Shown: positions 46,760 to 57,501 of the stretch, in pieces
Position numbering within the stretch: position 1 is the first letter of the stretch
Layout: each line of letters opens with the position of its first letter
Source of the DNA: a candidate division FCPU426 bacterium
Lineage (GTDB): Bacteria; Oederibacteriota; Muellerivitia; Muellerivitales; Muellerivitaceae
Reading direction: 5' to 3'
Assembly (NCBI GenBank): GCA_963847625.1
Contig: CAWKAR010000022.1
Span: forward strand, 1-64,000
Length of the DNA: 64,000 nucleotides
Made by a program: the position numbers and the translations under genes
The notes under the pieces: model-generated
The model's input: the letters and a program-made list of their open reading frames with translations, nothing else
Databases searched by the model: none
Told to the model about the DNA's origin: nothing

Positions 46760-47230
46760 TTACAATGGAATCGACTGGATACCCTTATCCGAAAGTTTCT
46801 GTCCCAACAGCTCGAGCGATTGCGATGTCTGGGCGTGGTAGTTTTCGTATTTAGCCTTGTCCCAAATCTCGATGCGGTGGAGCATTCCCACGATCACCAC
46901 GCTCTTACTGATGCCCGCCTCCTTGCGCAAGACCGGTGAGATCATGATGCGTCCCTGCTGGTCGATCTCCACTTCGTCGAAGGCTTTCAGAATCGCGCGT
47001 TGGAATTGCCTTTCCTCCGGGCTCAATGAGTTCAAAGAGGAGAGCTTCTCTTCGATTTTTTTCCATGCGTCCATGGGGTAAAGGAACAGGCACTGGTCGA
47101 ATCCCAGGTTGAGGATCATGGGCGTTTCATGCTCGGAGCGGATTTGTTCCCGAAACCGGGCTGGAATGCTCATCCGGCCCTTGTCGTCCACTGTGTTGTA
47201 GAAAATTCCTCTGAACACAAATTTCTCCAA
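46760..47230 (-). CDS. mraZ: Transcriptional repressor MraZ
   Basis: Duplicated DxKGR/DxQGR motifs and IEIWD. Confidence 0.96.
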   Translation of the reverse strand: MEKFVFRGIFYNTVDDKGRMSIPARFREQIRSEHETPMILNLGFDQCLFLYPMDAWKKIEEKLSSLNSLSPEERQFQRAILKAFDEVEIDQQGRIMISPVLRKEAGISKSVVIVGMLHRIEIWDKAKYENYHAQTSQSLELLGQKLSDKGIQSIPL

Positions 47231-47260
47231 ACCGTAAAAAATAAAGGTTTTTCGGGGCCT

Positions 47261-47322
47261 CCCACTTTATCCCACCGCTCCCCATTTCGCGCCATTATTA
47301 GGGTAAACAATGACCTAGTCAA
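47261..47322 (-). promoter_or_regulatory. dcw promoter (TTGACT-N17-AATAAT) with MraZ boxes
   Basis: TGG(G/C) repeats at a 10-nt period (47261, 47271, 47281, 47291) directly downstream of the -10 element. Confidence 0.8.
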
Positions 47323-47585
47323 GGTTTTTTTATTGAAAATAAAGGAATTCCTCGCTCATAAGCAGGCAGGGCAAGGGTAATTTCTAATGATTTATTGATA
47401 TTTATTGTTGAAACGGCCTATTTAGGATTTCTTCCAATGTTGATAAGAATGGGGGGAATATTGGAATTCCGGTGGGATTATCAAATTTTATGATGAATTA
47501 ATCCGGCTTCCCATCTCAAGAAATGTTCAGCAACACCATCCCGAATCATGACGGATTACTTTTAGTCTGAAAGTGTAACGGTAAT

Positions 47586-49709
47586 TTAATTGTTATACCC
47601 ATGTGGCTTCAAATCTCGGGTTTTAAGATTTGCATGAACAGATAGTATTCGGGCTATTTGCAGAGCCCTTTTTGATTCCTCACTTCGGCCCATGGCTTGT
47701 AAACAAATCCCTTTGCCGTAATACAAATGGGCAAAGGAGTAACCTTGTTGGATGGCTTGATGGTAGGCATCGACGGCTGCCGCATAATCCCCGCCCCAAA
47801 ATTTAAAACAAGCGAATTTTTCCCAATAAACCGCAGTGAGGAATCGGTCATCCTTCGCGATATCCTTCAATGGATCCAAGCGTTCCGAATAAATCCTCCA
47901 GGAATCCAGGGGGTTCTTGTTTTTTATCTCCAGGTTGATCTGGCGATGGATGCGGTCGGACCGAATCCAACGGTTTAGGAGCGTAGGTGTCATCTGGGAA
48001 ACGGGAATCAAGAAAATCCCAAAAGGGGGAGGATCGTTTGGTGAGGTTTTATCGGTCTTTAAGACTTCGAATTTCATCCCCGGGAAACATGCACCCAAAT
48101 AAGGGGCGTATTGGGCATTGAGAATCAGGACCGCCCACTGGGGTGTCTCTCCGTAAAGAGAAGGGTTTTGGAGAACATCAAAAGGATAACTGGCGATATC
48201 TAGCGTCTTATTGTCGTAATCGGGGTTGAATTCAGAAAAAATATAAAGAGGTCCTGATTCCTTTTGAAGTTTGTTGATGATTTGATAGGCACTATAGTAT
48301 TGCACACTACGCCATTGCCGTACGGATAGAACCCTCGTGATGTCGCAATAGGGCCCAGTGAAATTGTAGAAGTTTAGAGAAAGGGAAACAAGAACCAGTC
48401 CTCCTAACCCAAACCATATTTTTTTTCCAGACAATCGAGAAAGAAGACATTGAGCGCCGAATCCGGCCAATAACATCCAGAGGGGCAGTGAAGGCGTCAC
48501 CCGGTGCAATTCCAGACCGCTGGTGGTGATTCCGGGTAGCATGGAAACAAAAAGCACTAGGCTTAGGAATCCAAGCAATGCATTGCCGATTTTTTCAAAA
48601 GCATGGACCGTCCCGATCATAATTAAGGAGCCGGTCACAGGATCGAACATTCCCCCGAAATTGGGTGCAAAAGGAAAACTGTTTTTACTGTTCCAAAAAA
48701 GTCCGATAATATAGGTGAAATAGGATTGGATTGAAAAAAAGCCAATCCAAATGTTTCGGAGATATGTCAACCCACCTAGCTGAAGGCGGGCTATAAGCAG
48801 GGGTAAAATGAGGACCAGCTCTACAAGTTGAAAAAAACCAAAAAACATCTTACCCTTTTTACCGTTTTTCAAAGCGTAGATACCCAGGGCGAGAGTGATG
48901 AAAAACCAAACAGCCACCCAATTCACATAGGAATAAAATCCAAAAGCATTGCTCACGCATAGGCCCAACAACCATCGCCACCGGGCAGCTTCGCTCCTAG
49001 CCCTCAGAAACCCGCCCAATAAACCCAGGGATAATAGATGAAAAATTGGGATTAGGTCTTCTGGCGTGCAGAAACGCATGAGCGAGAATTCCCAAAAGGA
49101 AAAAGTGATGAAGCAAAGAAAAATAAAAGAGAAGTAAGGGGAAGAAAATCGTCGAATGGACCAGAAAGCGAGAAAAGCCGTCACGATGGAAAGCAGGGTA
49201 GGATAAAGCCTTAGGGCGAAAAGGGAAGGTTTTACGAAACGGAAAAAAAACCCCATGGACCATATCAATAGAGGTTCGTTCTTTCCTGAAGTCCACAACA
49301 GATTCCAGTGCCATTTTTTCATGAGGCCCATGGCTAGTATTGAAAAAATACCTTCATCACATAAAGGCCAGGAGGGAATGCCCGTAAGCTGGTAAAAACG
49401 AGTGAAAAAAAGAAAGAAGCCAAAAAGAAACCACAACCATAGAGGCGGAGATGGACCAGGAACATCTATGGAAAAGGAGTCATGGGAAAAGGTTGTAGAA
49501 GAGGAGCTTTTCAATCGTTTTTCCAGGACAGTCCAAAGGGCCGCGAGGAAAGGAAGCATTACGCCTAGTATACCAATCCAGAGTTTGGCCTGCAGAGGCA
49601 GTGTTGTGTAGGAAAGAAGAAATCCGGAGACTAGGAAGATCCCGAAATAAATAGGCGCATGGAATGGAATTTGAAGTCTTAGGCCCGAAAGAATTTCCTT
49701 TTTATTCAT
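47586..49709 (-). CDS. GT-C fold membrane protein with C-terminal TPR
   Basis: TRFYQL..IP.WPLCDEG DE-motif after the N-terminal TMs, then multiple TMs and terminal TPR helices. Confidence 0.7.
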   Translation of the reverse strand: MNKKEILSGLRLQIPFHAPIYFGIFLVSGFLLSYTTLPLQAKLWIGILGVMLPFLAALWTVLEKRLKSSSSTTFSHDSFSIDVPGPSPPLWLWFLFGFFLFFTRFYQLTGIPSWPLCDEGIFSILAMGLMKKWHWNLLWTSGKNEPLLIWSMGFFFRFVKPSLFALRLYPTLLSIVTAFLAFWSIRRFSSPYFSFIFLCFITFSFWEFSLMRFCTPEDLIPIFHLLSLGLLGGFLRARSEAARWRWLLGLCVSNAFGFYSYVNWVAVWFFITLALGIYALKNGKKGKMFFGFFQLVELVLILPLLIARLQLGGLTYLRNIWIGFFSIQSYFTYIIGLFWNSKNSFPFAPNFGGMFDPVTGSLIMIGTVHAFEKIGNALLGFLSLVLFVSMLPGITTSGLELHRVTPSLPLWMLLAGFGAQCLLSRLSGKKIWFGLGGLVLVSLSLNFYNFTGPYCDITRVLSVRQWRSVQYYSAYQIINKLQKESGPLYIFSEFNPDYDNKTLDIASYPFDVLQNPSLYGETPQWAVLILNAQYAPYLGACFPGMKFEVLKTDKTSPNDPPPFGIFLIPVSQMTPTLLNRWIRSDRIHRQINLEIKNKNPLDSWRIYSERLDPLKDIAKDDRFLTAVYWEKFACFKFWGGDYAAAVDAYHQAIQQGYSFAHLYYGKGICLQAMGRSEESKRALQIARILSVHANLKTRDLKPHGYNN

Positions 49710-49929
49710 TGAGCCTCCGCCAAACTAATAAGTTCTTATTATTTTATTACTATTCCAGCAGTTAATGGAACCTAAAGAGATCTTGCTTTTTATTTTTGAA
49801 TTTCGAATTAGCAAGTATTGTATGTTGAACCCCATAAAATATTTCTTGCGAAAGGTCACATTATTTAAATGGAAGCCTAGCTGGAATGGTTTGCCAATCA
49901 GAGTAATATAAAACTTTTTCGAAAAAAAC

Positions 49930-51420
49930 TTAGTTCTGGGTTAGGACCTGCCCCACGGCCCAAATCCAACCGGCCCATAATTTCTTTCGCACTGCTTCCT
50001 TCATCCTCGGTCGGTACAATTTGTCCACCTTGCGGATTTTCTGGATTTCAGCGCTGTCCTTCCAGAATCCGACTTGCAAGCCCGCCAGGAATGCCGCGCC
50101 CATGGCGGTAGTCTCCACCACTTTCGGCCGGTTGATCTTGACATTCAGAATGTCGGCCTGGAATTGCATCAACAGGTTGTTCTTGCAGGCACCCCCGTCC
50201 ACCCGCAACTCTTTCATCTTGAATTTTGAATCCTTCAGCATCGCATCCGCGACATCACGGCTTTGGTAAGCCAAGGATTCCAACGCGGCCCTTATCACAT
50301 GTTCCCTTTTAGTTCCCCGTGTTATCCCAACAAGACCGCCGCGTGCTTTGGCATCCCAATAAGGCGCTCCCAATCCCACGAAAGCCGGCACCAGGTAAAC
50401 CCCCCCGGTATCCGGTACTTTTCTGGCGGCCGCTTCTGATTCAGGTGAAGATTTAATCAATTGAAGTCCATCTCTAACCCATTGAATGGCCGCTCCCCCG
50501 ATGAAAACCGACCCTTCCAAGGCGTAAACCGGTTGCCCCCTTCCATCGCAGGCAAGTGTAGTCAATAACTTGTTTTTTGAACTGAAATGACGCTTGCCGA
50601 GGTTTAAAAGAAGGAAGCATCCGGTTCCATAGGTATTCTTCAGGGTTCCAGGCTCGTGGCACCCCTGTCCAAACAGGGCCGCCTGCTGGTCGCCCGCGAT
50701 TCCCGTAATGGGAACGCCGGCTCCCAAATAACTTTTCCGGGAAGTTTTTCCGAAGAGGCTTGCGGAAGCCTGAACCTTCGGAAGCAATGAGGAATGGATA
50801 TGCAGGAACTTCAGGAGTTGGGAATCCCACTTTTTAGTCTTGATGTTGAAAATTAAGGTCCGGGAAGCATTGGAAAAATCCGTGGCATGGGAACTGCCTC
50901 CTGTCAGGTTCCATAAAACCCAACTATCGATGGTGCCGAAAGCCAGTTGGCCCTTGGCCGCCCGCCGGGCGACACCCGGCACGTTTTTCAAGAGCCATTC
51001 CACCTTGGTGCCGGAAAAATAAGCGTCGATCACCAAACCTGTTTTGCTTCGAAACAACTTTTCTTTTCCCTGAGCCTTCAACTGGTCGCACCGGGGAGCC
51101 GTCCTGCGGCATTGCCAGACGATGGCCTTGTGAATGGGTTTTCCCGTTTGGCGGTCCCATAGGACCGTGGTTTCCCGTTGGTTGGTGATTCCGATTCCAG
51201 CGATTTGAGAAGGTTTTACTCCTGCGGTTTTTAATGCCTTTTTTCCTGTCTCCTCGACGGTTGCCCAGATCTCATTCGCGTCATGTTCCACCCAGCCCGG
51301 TTTTGGAAAATATTGAGTGAATTCCCGATAAGCGCTCCCCACGACTTTGCCCGAATGGTCGAAAAGATAAGACCTGGTTCCAGTCGTACCCTGGTCGATT
51401 GCAAGAATCAATTTTTCCAT
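49930..51420 (-). CDS. glpK: Glycerol kinase
   Basis: Motifs AIDQGTT, TNQRET, GDQQAALFG, KNTYGTG and VDGG are present. Confidence 0.98.
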   Translation of the reverse strand: MEKLILAIDQGTTGTRSYLFDHSGKVVGSAYREFTQYFPKPGWVEHDANEIWATVEETGKKALKTAGVKPSQIAGIGITNQRETTVLWDRQTGKPIHKAIVWQCRRTAPRCDQLKAQGKEKLFRSKTGLVIDAYFSGTKVEWLLKNVPGVARRAAKGQLAFGTIDSWVLWNLTGGSSHATDFSNASRTLIFNIKTKKWDSQLLKFLHIHSSLLPKVQASASLFGKTSRKSYLGAGVPITGIAGDQQAALFGQGCHEPGTLKNTYGTGCFLLLNLGKRHFSSKNKLLTTLACDGRGQPVYALEGSVFIGGAAIQWVRDGLQLIKSSPESEAAARKVPDTGGVYLVPAFVGLGAPYWDAKARGGLVGITRGTKREHVIRAALESLAYQSRDVADAMLKDSKFKMKELRVDGGACKNNLLMQFQADILNVKINRPKVVETTAMGAAFLAGLQVGFWKDSAEIQKIRKVDKLYRPRMKEAVRKKLWAGWIWAVGQVLTQN

Positions 51421-52883
51421 AAACCGCTCCCTGCCTGGACTTCGCTTGCTTCCAGTTCCCGGTTAACGATAAGCATTAAATCCTCGCCGCTTTTTACAGG
51501 ATACCACTTCTTGACACCCACTTGGATTTCCGGCAGGTCCTTCCGGTGGGCCAGACACAGTACCGTATCGCGGTTTTGAAAAACCCTTTCCAGGTCCTCC
51601 ACTTTTTGGAACAGGGGTTCGGCCGCGTGGTCAGAGAAAAACAAGAGAGCGTTGTTAAGCCCGTAAAATTCCTCATGCAAGGCTACGATCTTGGCCCCCC
51701 TGTCCCCGAAATATTTCACGTATGGCGCCAGGACGCGCGTATCCTTTTCCCGATCCTTGTCCAAACGGAACGGCAGAGCAGGCAATAAAACCGCGATGGA
51801 CACCCCGGCAGTTAGGAGAATTTTTGCTGTAGTGAAACGCCACTTGGAAGTGGAAATAATCCGATCAGCTGCGTAACCCGACAGGAGGGCCAAGGCCGGG
51901 AAGCAAGGCATGAAGTACCAAATAACCCTGGCTTTCAGCAGGCTGATGATGATGAAAATGAGACTGAACCAAATTAAAACGAAAAGGTTGTTCTCGTTTT
52001 TCCTGAGTTTGGTACGCGCCATCCATACCCCCCCTAAAACCGACAGGGGCAACCAAGGCCAATAATAGGTCGTTAAATCCAATAAAAAGCCCAGGTGGCG
52101 GTATAACGGCTCGGGATTTCCTTGGAACCCCCGTTGGAATATCAACCAGCTGAAATGAACTTCGATAAAATTCTGGCCGAAGGAAAGATATTCAACCGCA
52201 TACCAACTGCATCCCACGAAAAGTGAAATCGCCAAGCCAGAGAAAAAAAACGGATTAAGAGCTTTTTTCCATTGGGAAGTAGACAAGAGAAAGGCTCCGG
52301 AAATGGCCAGCGGAAACAAACCCAAAACACTTTTAACCAACATCGCCAACCCGATACAAAATCCCCACAATAGAAAGAACCGGCGGTCCTTCCGAAGGGC
52401 CAGAAGAAACAAGAAAAGGGCTGAAACCACGAAGAAAGTAAGGGTTACATCGACCATCGCGTGACGGGAATATTTAAGGAAAGGATAAGTGGTGGCCAGG
52501 ATAAAACCCGCGTATAAGCCGACTCGTCGGTGGAAAAGATATTTTCCCAGGTGATAGACCAACATGACGTTTAAAAAACCCATGAGGGCTGATGGAAACT
52601 TCGCGGCGAATACACCGATTCCGAAAATTTTGTAAGAAAGGGCGGCCAACCACATGTAAAAGGGGGGATTTTCAAAGGCGGGGTGATGGTTATAAGTCAG
52701 CGTCCACCACTTGTGGTTTTGAAGAATTTCCTTGGCTTTTTCTGCATAAAAGCAGTCGTCGAAATTGGCCATGCCGTTTAGGCCAAGTTTGGAGAAATAG
52801 ATAGACAGCGTAAAAAGGGCCAGAACTCCTAGTTGGATTCTTTCGCTTAATGCCAGGTCATCCAGGTCCTGACGCTGGGCCAT
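51408..52883 (-). CDS. ArnT/GT39-like glycosyltransferase
   Basis: Multi-TM protein with FDDCFYAEKAKEI, FENPPFYMW and LAMLVKS. Confidence 0.85.
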   Translation of the reverse strand: MAQRQDLDDLALSERIQLGVLALFTLSIYFSKLGLNGMANFDDCFYAEKAKEILQNHKWWTLTYNHHPAFENPPFYMWLAALSYKIFGIGVFAAKFPSALMGFLNVMLVYHLGKYLFHRRVGLYAGFILATTYPFLKYSRHAMVDVTLTFFVVSALFLFLLALRKDRRFFLLWGFCIGLAMLVKSVLGLFPLAISGAFLLSTSQWKKALNPFFFSGLAISLFVGCSWYAVEYLSFGQNFIEVHFSWLIFQRGFQGNPEPLYRHLGFLLDLTTYYWPWLPLSVLGGVWMARTKLRKNENNLFVLIWFSLIFIIISLLKARVIWYFMPCFPALALLSGYAADRIISTSKWRFTTAKILLTAGVSIAVLLPALPFRLDKDREKDTRVLAPYVKYFGDRGAKIVALHEEFYGLNNALLFFSDHAAEPLFQKVEDLERVFQNRDTVLCLAHRKDLPEIQVGVKKWYPVKSGEDLMLIVNRELEASEVQAGSGLWKN

Positions 52884-53638
52884 CAGGGTTTCGTCTTCTC
52901 AAAGGTAAAAAGTTTCGTTTTCCATAACCCCATCCGCGCCAGGCGGAACTGGAGGGCCGTCCAGAGGCATCCTAAGCCATAGTTTAGACTGCGCATGAAG
53001 TTGATGGAGGAAGCCTCGGGGAAATACTTGGTGGGACAAGTGACTTCAGCGATCCTGAACCTGAGAAAATGAATTTGCGAGAGCATCTGGTTATCGAAAA
53101 TAAAGTCGTCCGAGTCTTGTTGGATGGGCACGGTTTCAAGCACCTGGCGCGTAAAGACCCGATATCCTGTGTGGTATTCGGACAGCTTGGCCCCCATCAG
53201 GAAATTCTGGGTCAGGGTCAAGAAACGATTGCTGAGGTACTTGTAAAAAGGCATTCCCCCCTTAAGGGCTTGTCCCCCCAAAATACGGGAACCCAGCACC
53301 ACGTCGTAAAGGCCCGAGTCCAAAAGATAGGCCATGGATGAAATGAGTTTCGGGGTGTATTGGTAGTCCGGGTGGAGCATTACGACGATGTCGGCGCCGC
53401 TTTGCAAGGCGGCCTTATAACAGGTCTTTTGGTTTCCCCCGTAGCCCCGGTTTTCGGGATGCACGATGGTCTTGATTCCCAATTCCAGGGCCACCCGGGC
53501 CGTAAAATCCCGGCTGGCGTCGTCCACCAGGATGACCTCGTCCACGATGTCCTTGGGAACTTCCGCGTAAGTCTGTTCCAAGGTCTTTTCGGCATTATAG
53601 GCCGGCATGACAACGACTATTTTTTTTCCGTGGATCAC
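52883..53638 (-). CDS. GT2 polyprenol-phosphate glycosyltransferase-like
   Basis: Motifs VVMPAYNAE, LVDDAS, NRGYGG and HPDYQY are present. Confidence 0.92.
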   Translation of the reverse strand: MIHGKKIVVVMPAYNAEKTLEQTYAEVPKDIVDEVILVDDASRDFTARVALELGIKTIVHPENRGYGGNQKTCYKAALQSGADIVVMLHPDYQYTPKLISSMAYLLDSGLYDVVLGSRILGGQALKGGMPFYKYLSNRFLTLTQNFLMGAKLSEYHTGYRVFTRQVLETVPIQQDSDDFIFDNQMLSQIHFLRFRIAEVTCPTKYFPEASSINFMRSLNYGLGCLWTALQFRLARMGLWKTKLFTFEKTKP

Positions 53639-53711
53639 GCTTTTTCCTTTTTCCGTATAAGTTTTGCTAAATCACAAGACTGGATTTCTATGCTTTTCTT
53701 TTTTCTCTGGG

Positions 53712-53966
53712 TTATCGGGAAGGCCGCAAAAGCCGAATAACCACCAATAACACAACCGCCCCCAAGATTGAAATCGCGAGGTTTCCCAATAGTCCTTCAG
53801 CGATATGGATATGAAGGGTATTGGCCAAAAAGCCCCCGATCAAGGCCCCTAAAATACCCACCACCATATCGGGAAGGACGCCCATCCCCTTACCTTGAAC
53901 CAGGATACTGGCCAGCCAGCCGGTAACCAAACCCACCAAAGCTGTCCATATCAAATGATGTTCCAT
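53712..53966 (-). CDS. GlsB/YeaQ/YmgE stress-response membrane protein
   Basis: GWLAS....G.G...D.VVGILGALIGG pattern. Confidence 0.88.
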   Translation of the reverse strand: MEHHLIWTALVGLVTGWLASILVQGKGMGVLPDMVVGILGALIGGFLANTLHIHIAEGLLGNLAISILGAVVLLVVIRLLRPSR

Positions 53967-54022
53967 TCCAATCCTCCTTCAAGGTCTTAAGAAACCCAAC
54001 GAGTTAAACCGAAAAATTCAAA

Positions 54023-54805
54023 TTATCGGAGGGCCTTTAAGACTTGGTTGTGGGTCAGGCCGTTGCTGGAGACGGCATTCCCTCCATATATAGTGTTCCT
54101 GCCCGATAGATCGGTGAATTTACCGCCAGCTTCCTCCACGCAAATCTTGATAGCCGCTACGTCATAGGGTTTCACGAGCGGATCCACCATGGCTTCCACC
54201 ATCCCCTGGATCACCAGGGAATGCCCGAAGCAATCCCCGAAACCGCGGTCGTCATAGCATTTCGCGACTAACCGGCCCAGCTTGGGCCTGTAGGATAAAG
54301 GAACCAGTCTTAAACCTCCGTAAGTCAGGGTGCCCCCTTTCAAATGGGGAATTTTAGACACCCGGGATCTTTTTCCATTGGTGTAACAACCTATTCCCCT
54401 GGCCGCCTCAATCGTGAGCCGGTAGGCCGGATGATGGATTACCCCGGCAATGACTTCCCCCCGGTATTCCAAGGCCACCAATGTTCCCCAAAAAGGAATA
54501 CCCCGGATAAATTGCCTGGTTCCATCCACAGGGTCGATCCACCAGCGGAATTCCGCTTTCTGACGTTTATCCCAACCGTATTCCTCCCCACACAACTGGT
54601 GAGAAGGATGCGCCTTGCCGATGATCCGGCGGATCACTTGTTCAGCTTCCCGGTCAGCCCGAGTCACAGGAGACCGGTCGATCTTTTTGGAAATCGAAAC
54701 ATTTTTTCGGAAATACTTGAGCGCCCTTATCCCCCCCTGGCTTGTGGCCTGATGGGCAAGGGCCAGGAAAGTTTTTAATTGATCGCGGGAAAAGGATGAA
54801 GGCAT
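54023..54805 (-). CDS. hisN: Inositol monophosphatase family, HisN-like histidinol-phosphatase
   Basis: Motifs SPVTRADREAE, GEEYG, WWIDPVDGT and YDVAA are present. Confidence 0.8.
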   Translation of the reverse strand: MPSSFSRDQLKTFLALAHQATSQGGIRALKYFRKNVSISKKIDRSPVTRADREAEQVIRRIIGKAHPSHQLCGEEYGWDKRQKAEFRWWIDPVDGTRQFIRGIPFWGTLVALEYRGEVIAGVIHHPAYRLTIEAARGIGCYTNGKRSRVSKIPHLKGGTLTYGGLRLVPLSYRPKLGRLVAKCYDDRGFGDCFGHSLVIQGMVEAMVDPLVKPYDVAAIKICVEEAGGKFTDLSGRNTIYGGNAVSSNGLTHNQVLKALR

Positions 54806-54906
54806 GGCGGGGCTATTTTACAGGTGGGGTTGGGGGCGGAAAACAAAAAAGGACGCCCTTCTGCGCCTTCTTTTATGAATTATATTTCGTTTAGCAGTGA
54901 ATAATA

Positions 54907-55383
54907 TCAAGCCAGGCGGGAAATATCGTTCAAAGCCTTGGGAAAAAGCCTGATAAGTTCTTGTTTTTCTCCTAGGGTTAAGTCCTCGAATTCAAAACCC
55001 GGTGCCACGGTCATGCCCATCAACGCGAAATTGCCTCCCTCGTTCAAATAACCCCCGAACCAAGTTCCGGCTTTCACCACCGTTTGAAGTTGCTGGCCAT
55101 GCTCCACTAGGCTCCCCATGACGGTTTTCTCGGTCTTTCCGTTTTCCTTTAACAAAACCCAAGTAACCGGATCGCCCAGGTAGAAATGAATCACCTCGTC
55201 GGAAAGTAGTTTATGCAGTTTTGAAACCGATCCGGAAACCAGCAGATAATAAATGGATGTGGAATAAACCCGCTCCGGATTGATTCCCGGGATGGATACG
55301 GGGCTTTTATAGGTTTCCCGGAAAAACCCCCCCTCGGGATGGGGTTTTAAATTCAGGATTTTGACCAATTGATCTGCGGTCAT
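54907..55383 (-). CDS. Cupin (DUF985/Cupin_5) protein
   Basis: Motifs LKPHPEGGFFRET, TSIYYLL and VAPGFEFED are present. Confidence 0.92.
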   Translation of the reverse strand: MTADQLVKILNLKPHPEGGFFRETYKSPVSIPGINPERVYSTSIYYLLVSGSVSKLHKLLSDEVIHFYLGDPVTWVLLKENGKTEKTVMGSLVEHGQQLQTVVKAGTWFGGYLNEGGNFALMGMTVAPGFEFEDLTLGEKQELIRLFPKALNDISRLA

Positions 55384-55442
55384 TTAAATAAACCTCAGCC
55401 TCTCAGGTACTTATTCCAGGCAACTTTTTTAAAATAAAAAAT

Positions 55443-56540
55443 TCAAACCCCAAAGGAAACGTTGATTTTTTTGGCGGTCAGGACCAGCTCATGGCCCAGC
55501 GGAACCTTGCTTATTTTCCCACCCACTTCGGAAATAGGCACTGATCCCAAGACCCCATGATGCCAGGTGACCATCCGGCCGAAATGCCGTTTCAACACCA
55601 GTTCCATGGCCCGCACCCCGAAAAGGGTGGCCAATATCCTGTCAAAGGAAGTCGGCGTGCCCCCCCGAAGGACATGGCCCAGGATGACGGCCCTAGTTTC
55701 CATCCCCGACTTGGATTCCAAGCGCTCGGCGAGCACCCGGCTGATTCCGCCGAGGCGTATTTTTTCCGGGGACATCGGATTGACCCGGTCCACCACTATC
55801 TTGCCCTTGCGGGGATAAGCTCCCTCCGCCACCACGATGATGCTGCTTTTCCTCCCCCGGTTATACCGGTCTTCGATGACTTCGAGTATTTTCCCTTCAT
55901 CATAGGGGATCTCCGGGATGAGGATGATGTCCGCGCCTCCTGCGATTCCCGACCTCAAGGCCAACCAGCCGGCGTAGCGGCCCATCACCTCCACTACCAT
56001 GACCCGGTGGTGGGAAGCTGCGGTGGTATGGAGGCGGTCAATGGCCTCTGTGGCGATGTGGACCGCCGTATCGTGGCCGAAGGCCTGGTCCGTTCCGACC
56101 AAGTCGTTGTCGATGGTCTTGGGAACCCCCACGACGTGCAAACCCTTGCGGCTGAACCGCTCTGCCACGGTCATGGTGCCGTCCCCGCCCAAAACCACCA
56201 GGACTTCGATGCCATGGTTATTGAGGTTCTCGAGAACCTCATTGCTCCGATTCCGGCGGAGAATCCGGCCGTAAGGGTCCTTTTCCAGCATCCGGAAAGG
56301 GTCGTCCTTGTTGGAGGAGCCTAGGATGGTCCCGCCTAAAGTCAGGATATTGGAAACGTCGTCGTTTCCCAATATCTTGGTGGAATCTTGCATCATGCCC
56401 AGGAACCCGTCCCTGAACCCGATGACCTCGATTCCCTCACAAACCGCGCTTCGGACGACCGCCCGGATCACGGCGTTCAAACCAGGGCAATCGCCGCCGC
56501 CGGTTAGAATGCCGATTCGTTTGATGCGGGAGGGGGACAT
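55443..56540 (-). CDS. pfkA: 6-phosphofructokinase (PfkA family)
   Basis: Motifs TGGGDCPGLN, GGDGT, PKTIDND and EVMGR are present. Confidence 0.95.
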   Translation of the reverse strand: MSPSRIKRIGILTGGGDCPGLNAVIRAVVRSAVCEGIEVIGFRDGFLGMMQDSTKILGNDDVSNILTLGGTILGSSNKDDPFRMLEKDPYGRILRRNRSNEVLENLNNHGIEVLVVLGGDGTMTVAERFSRKGLHVVGVPKTIDNDLVGTDQAFGHDTAVHIATEAIDRLHTTAASHHRVMVVEVMGRYAGWLALRSGIAGGADIILIPEIPYDEGKILEVIEDRYNRGRKSSIIVVAEGAYPRKGKIVVDRVNPMSPEKIRLGGISRVLAERLESKSGMETRAVILGHVLRGGTPTSFDRILATLFGVRAMELVLKRHFGRMVTWHHGVLGSVPISEVGGKISKVPLGHELVLTAKKINVSFGV

Positions 56541-56542
56541 TT

Positions 56543-57058
56543 TTACTTGATGCCGAGAAGCTCGACGTCAAAGATCAAGGTGGCGTTCGGGGGAATGGCA
56601 TTGCCCGCGCCGCGTTCGCCGTAGCCCAATTCGGACGGAATGGTCAATTTGCGTTTTTCGCCGACCTTCATGCCAGCCACGCCCTCATCCCATCCCTTGA
56701 TGACATTCCCAGCCCCCAGGTTGAACTCGAAAGGTTGCCCCCGGTCCACCGAGCTGTCGAACTTGGTTCCGTTGGTCAGCCATCCGGTGTAATGAACCGA
56801 AACCGTTTGGCCGGCTTGGGCGGCGGGGCCCTTCCCTTTCTTCAAGATTTGGTATTTCAGGCCGGAAGCGGTCGTCACCACCTTGGAAGCAGCTTTGGCT
56901 TTCTTGGAAACGACTTTGGACGTCGAGGCAGTCGGGGTCTGCTTATCCGCCGGGGTTTTGCCCGCGGATGTATTGTCCTGCGCCTTCGAGTAACTGGCCA
57001 TAAAAGTTAATACTCCTATCAAAGAGATAAAGGCAAAAATGGCTTTACGGTAAAACAT
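56543..57058 (-). CDS. FKBP-type peptidyl-prolyl isomerase, secreted
   Basis: SD GGGAGG, signal peptide, [17 protein letters not shown] and LIFDVELL. Confidence 0.95.
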   Translation of the reverse strand: MFYRKAIFAFISLIGVLTFMASYSKAQDNTSAGKTPADKQTPTASTSKVVSKKAKAASKVVTTASGLKYQILKKGKGPAAQAGQTVSVHYTGWLTNGTKFDSSVDRGQPFEFNLGAGNVIKGWDEGVAGMKVGEKRKLTIPSELGYGERGAGNAIPPNATLIFDVELLGIK

Positions 57059-57210
57059 GTAAATCCTCCCTGGCGATGATTGAACAAACCGCAAGAAAGT
57101 ATAACCGAAGGAATAATCGAATGGACCGGGAAAATAGAGGCACAGAAAAACCTTTTGCTCATCTTCCTGACAGGATGCAGGAAGGTTCAAGTTCAGGCAA
57201 GTGAACCGCC

Positions 57211-57238
57211 TTGTCAAGCCCCTGAATATTATTATAAT
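57211..57238 (+). promoter_or_regulatory. sigma70-type promoter TTGTCA-N16-TATAAT
   Basis: Near-consensus hexamers upstream of the 57271 operon. Confidence 0.55.
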
Positions 57239-57270
57239 GTCACTCCCATTCATTATCGCGGAGACAGGTC

Positions 57271-57480
57271 ATGGCCATCCCAGGATATATCGACTACAAG
57301 CGCAGGGAATTTTGCAAGGACGTGAAGTGCCCTGTCCAGGTGGAAATGGACATAAAAAAAGAGGGTACAGAGGAATATGAAAAGCTGAGGCGGGACTGCC
57401 AGGTTGCCTGCCGCTACACCACCTATCAATTTCACCACTGGCTCATCAAAAAAGGCTATGAAATCGCAAGGCCGGCGTAA
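57271..57480 (+). CDS. Small Cys/His-rich protein
   Basis: SD GGAG. Pattern CxxxxC...CxxxC...HH. First gene of the operon. Confidence 0.7.
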   Translation: MAIPGYIDYKRREFCKDVKCPVQVEMDIKKEGTEEYEKLRRDCQVACRYTTYQFHHWLIKKGYEIARPA

Positions 57481-57501
57481 CTTCATTTCAGGAGGCGTGT
57501 T

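Noticed and set aside
57059..57253. 65-aa N-terminal extension of the FKBP ORF
   Set aside because: A strong SD and a signal peptide indicate the start at 57058; the extension covers the divergent promoter region.
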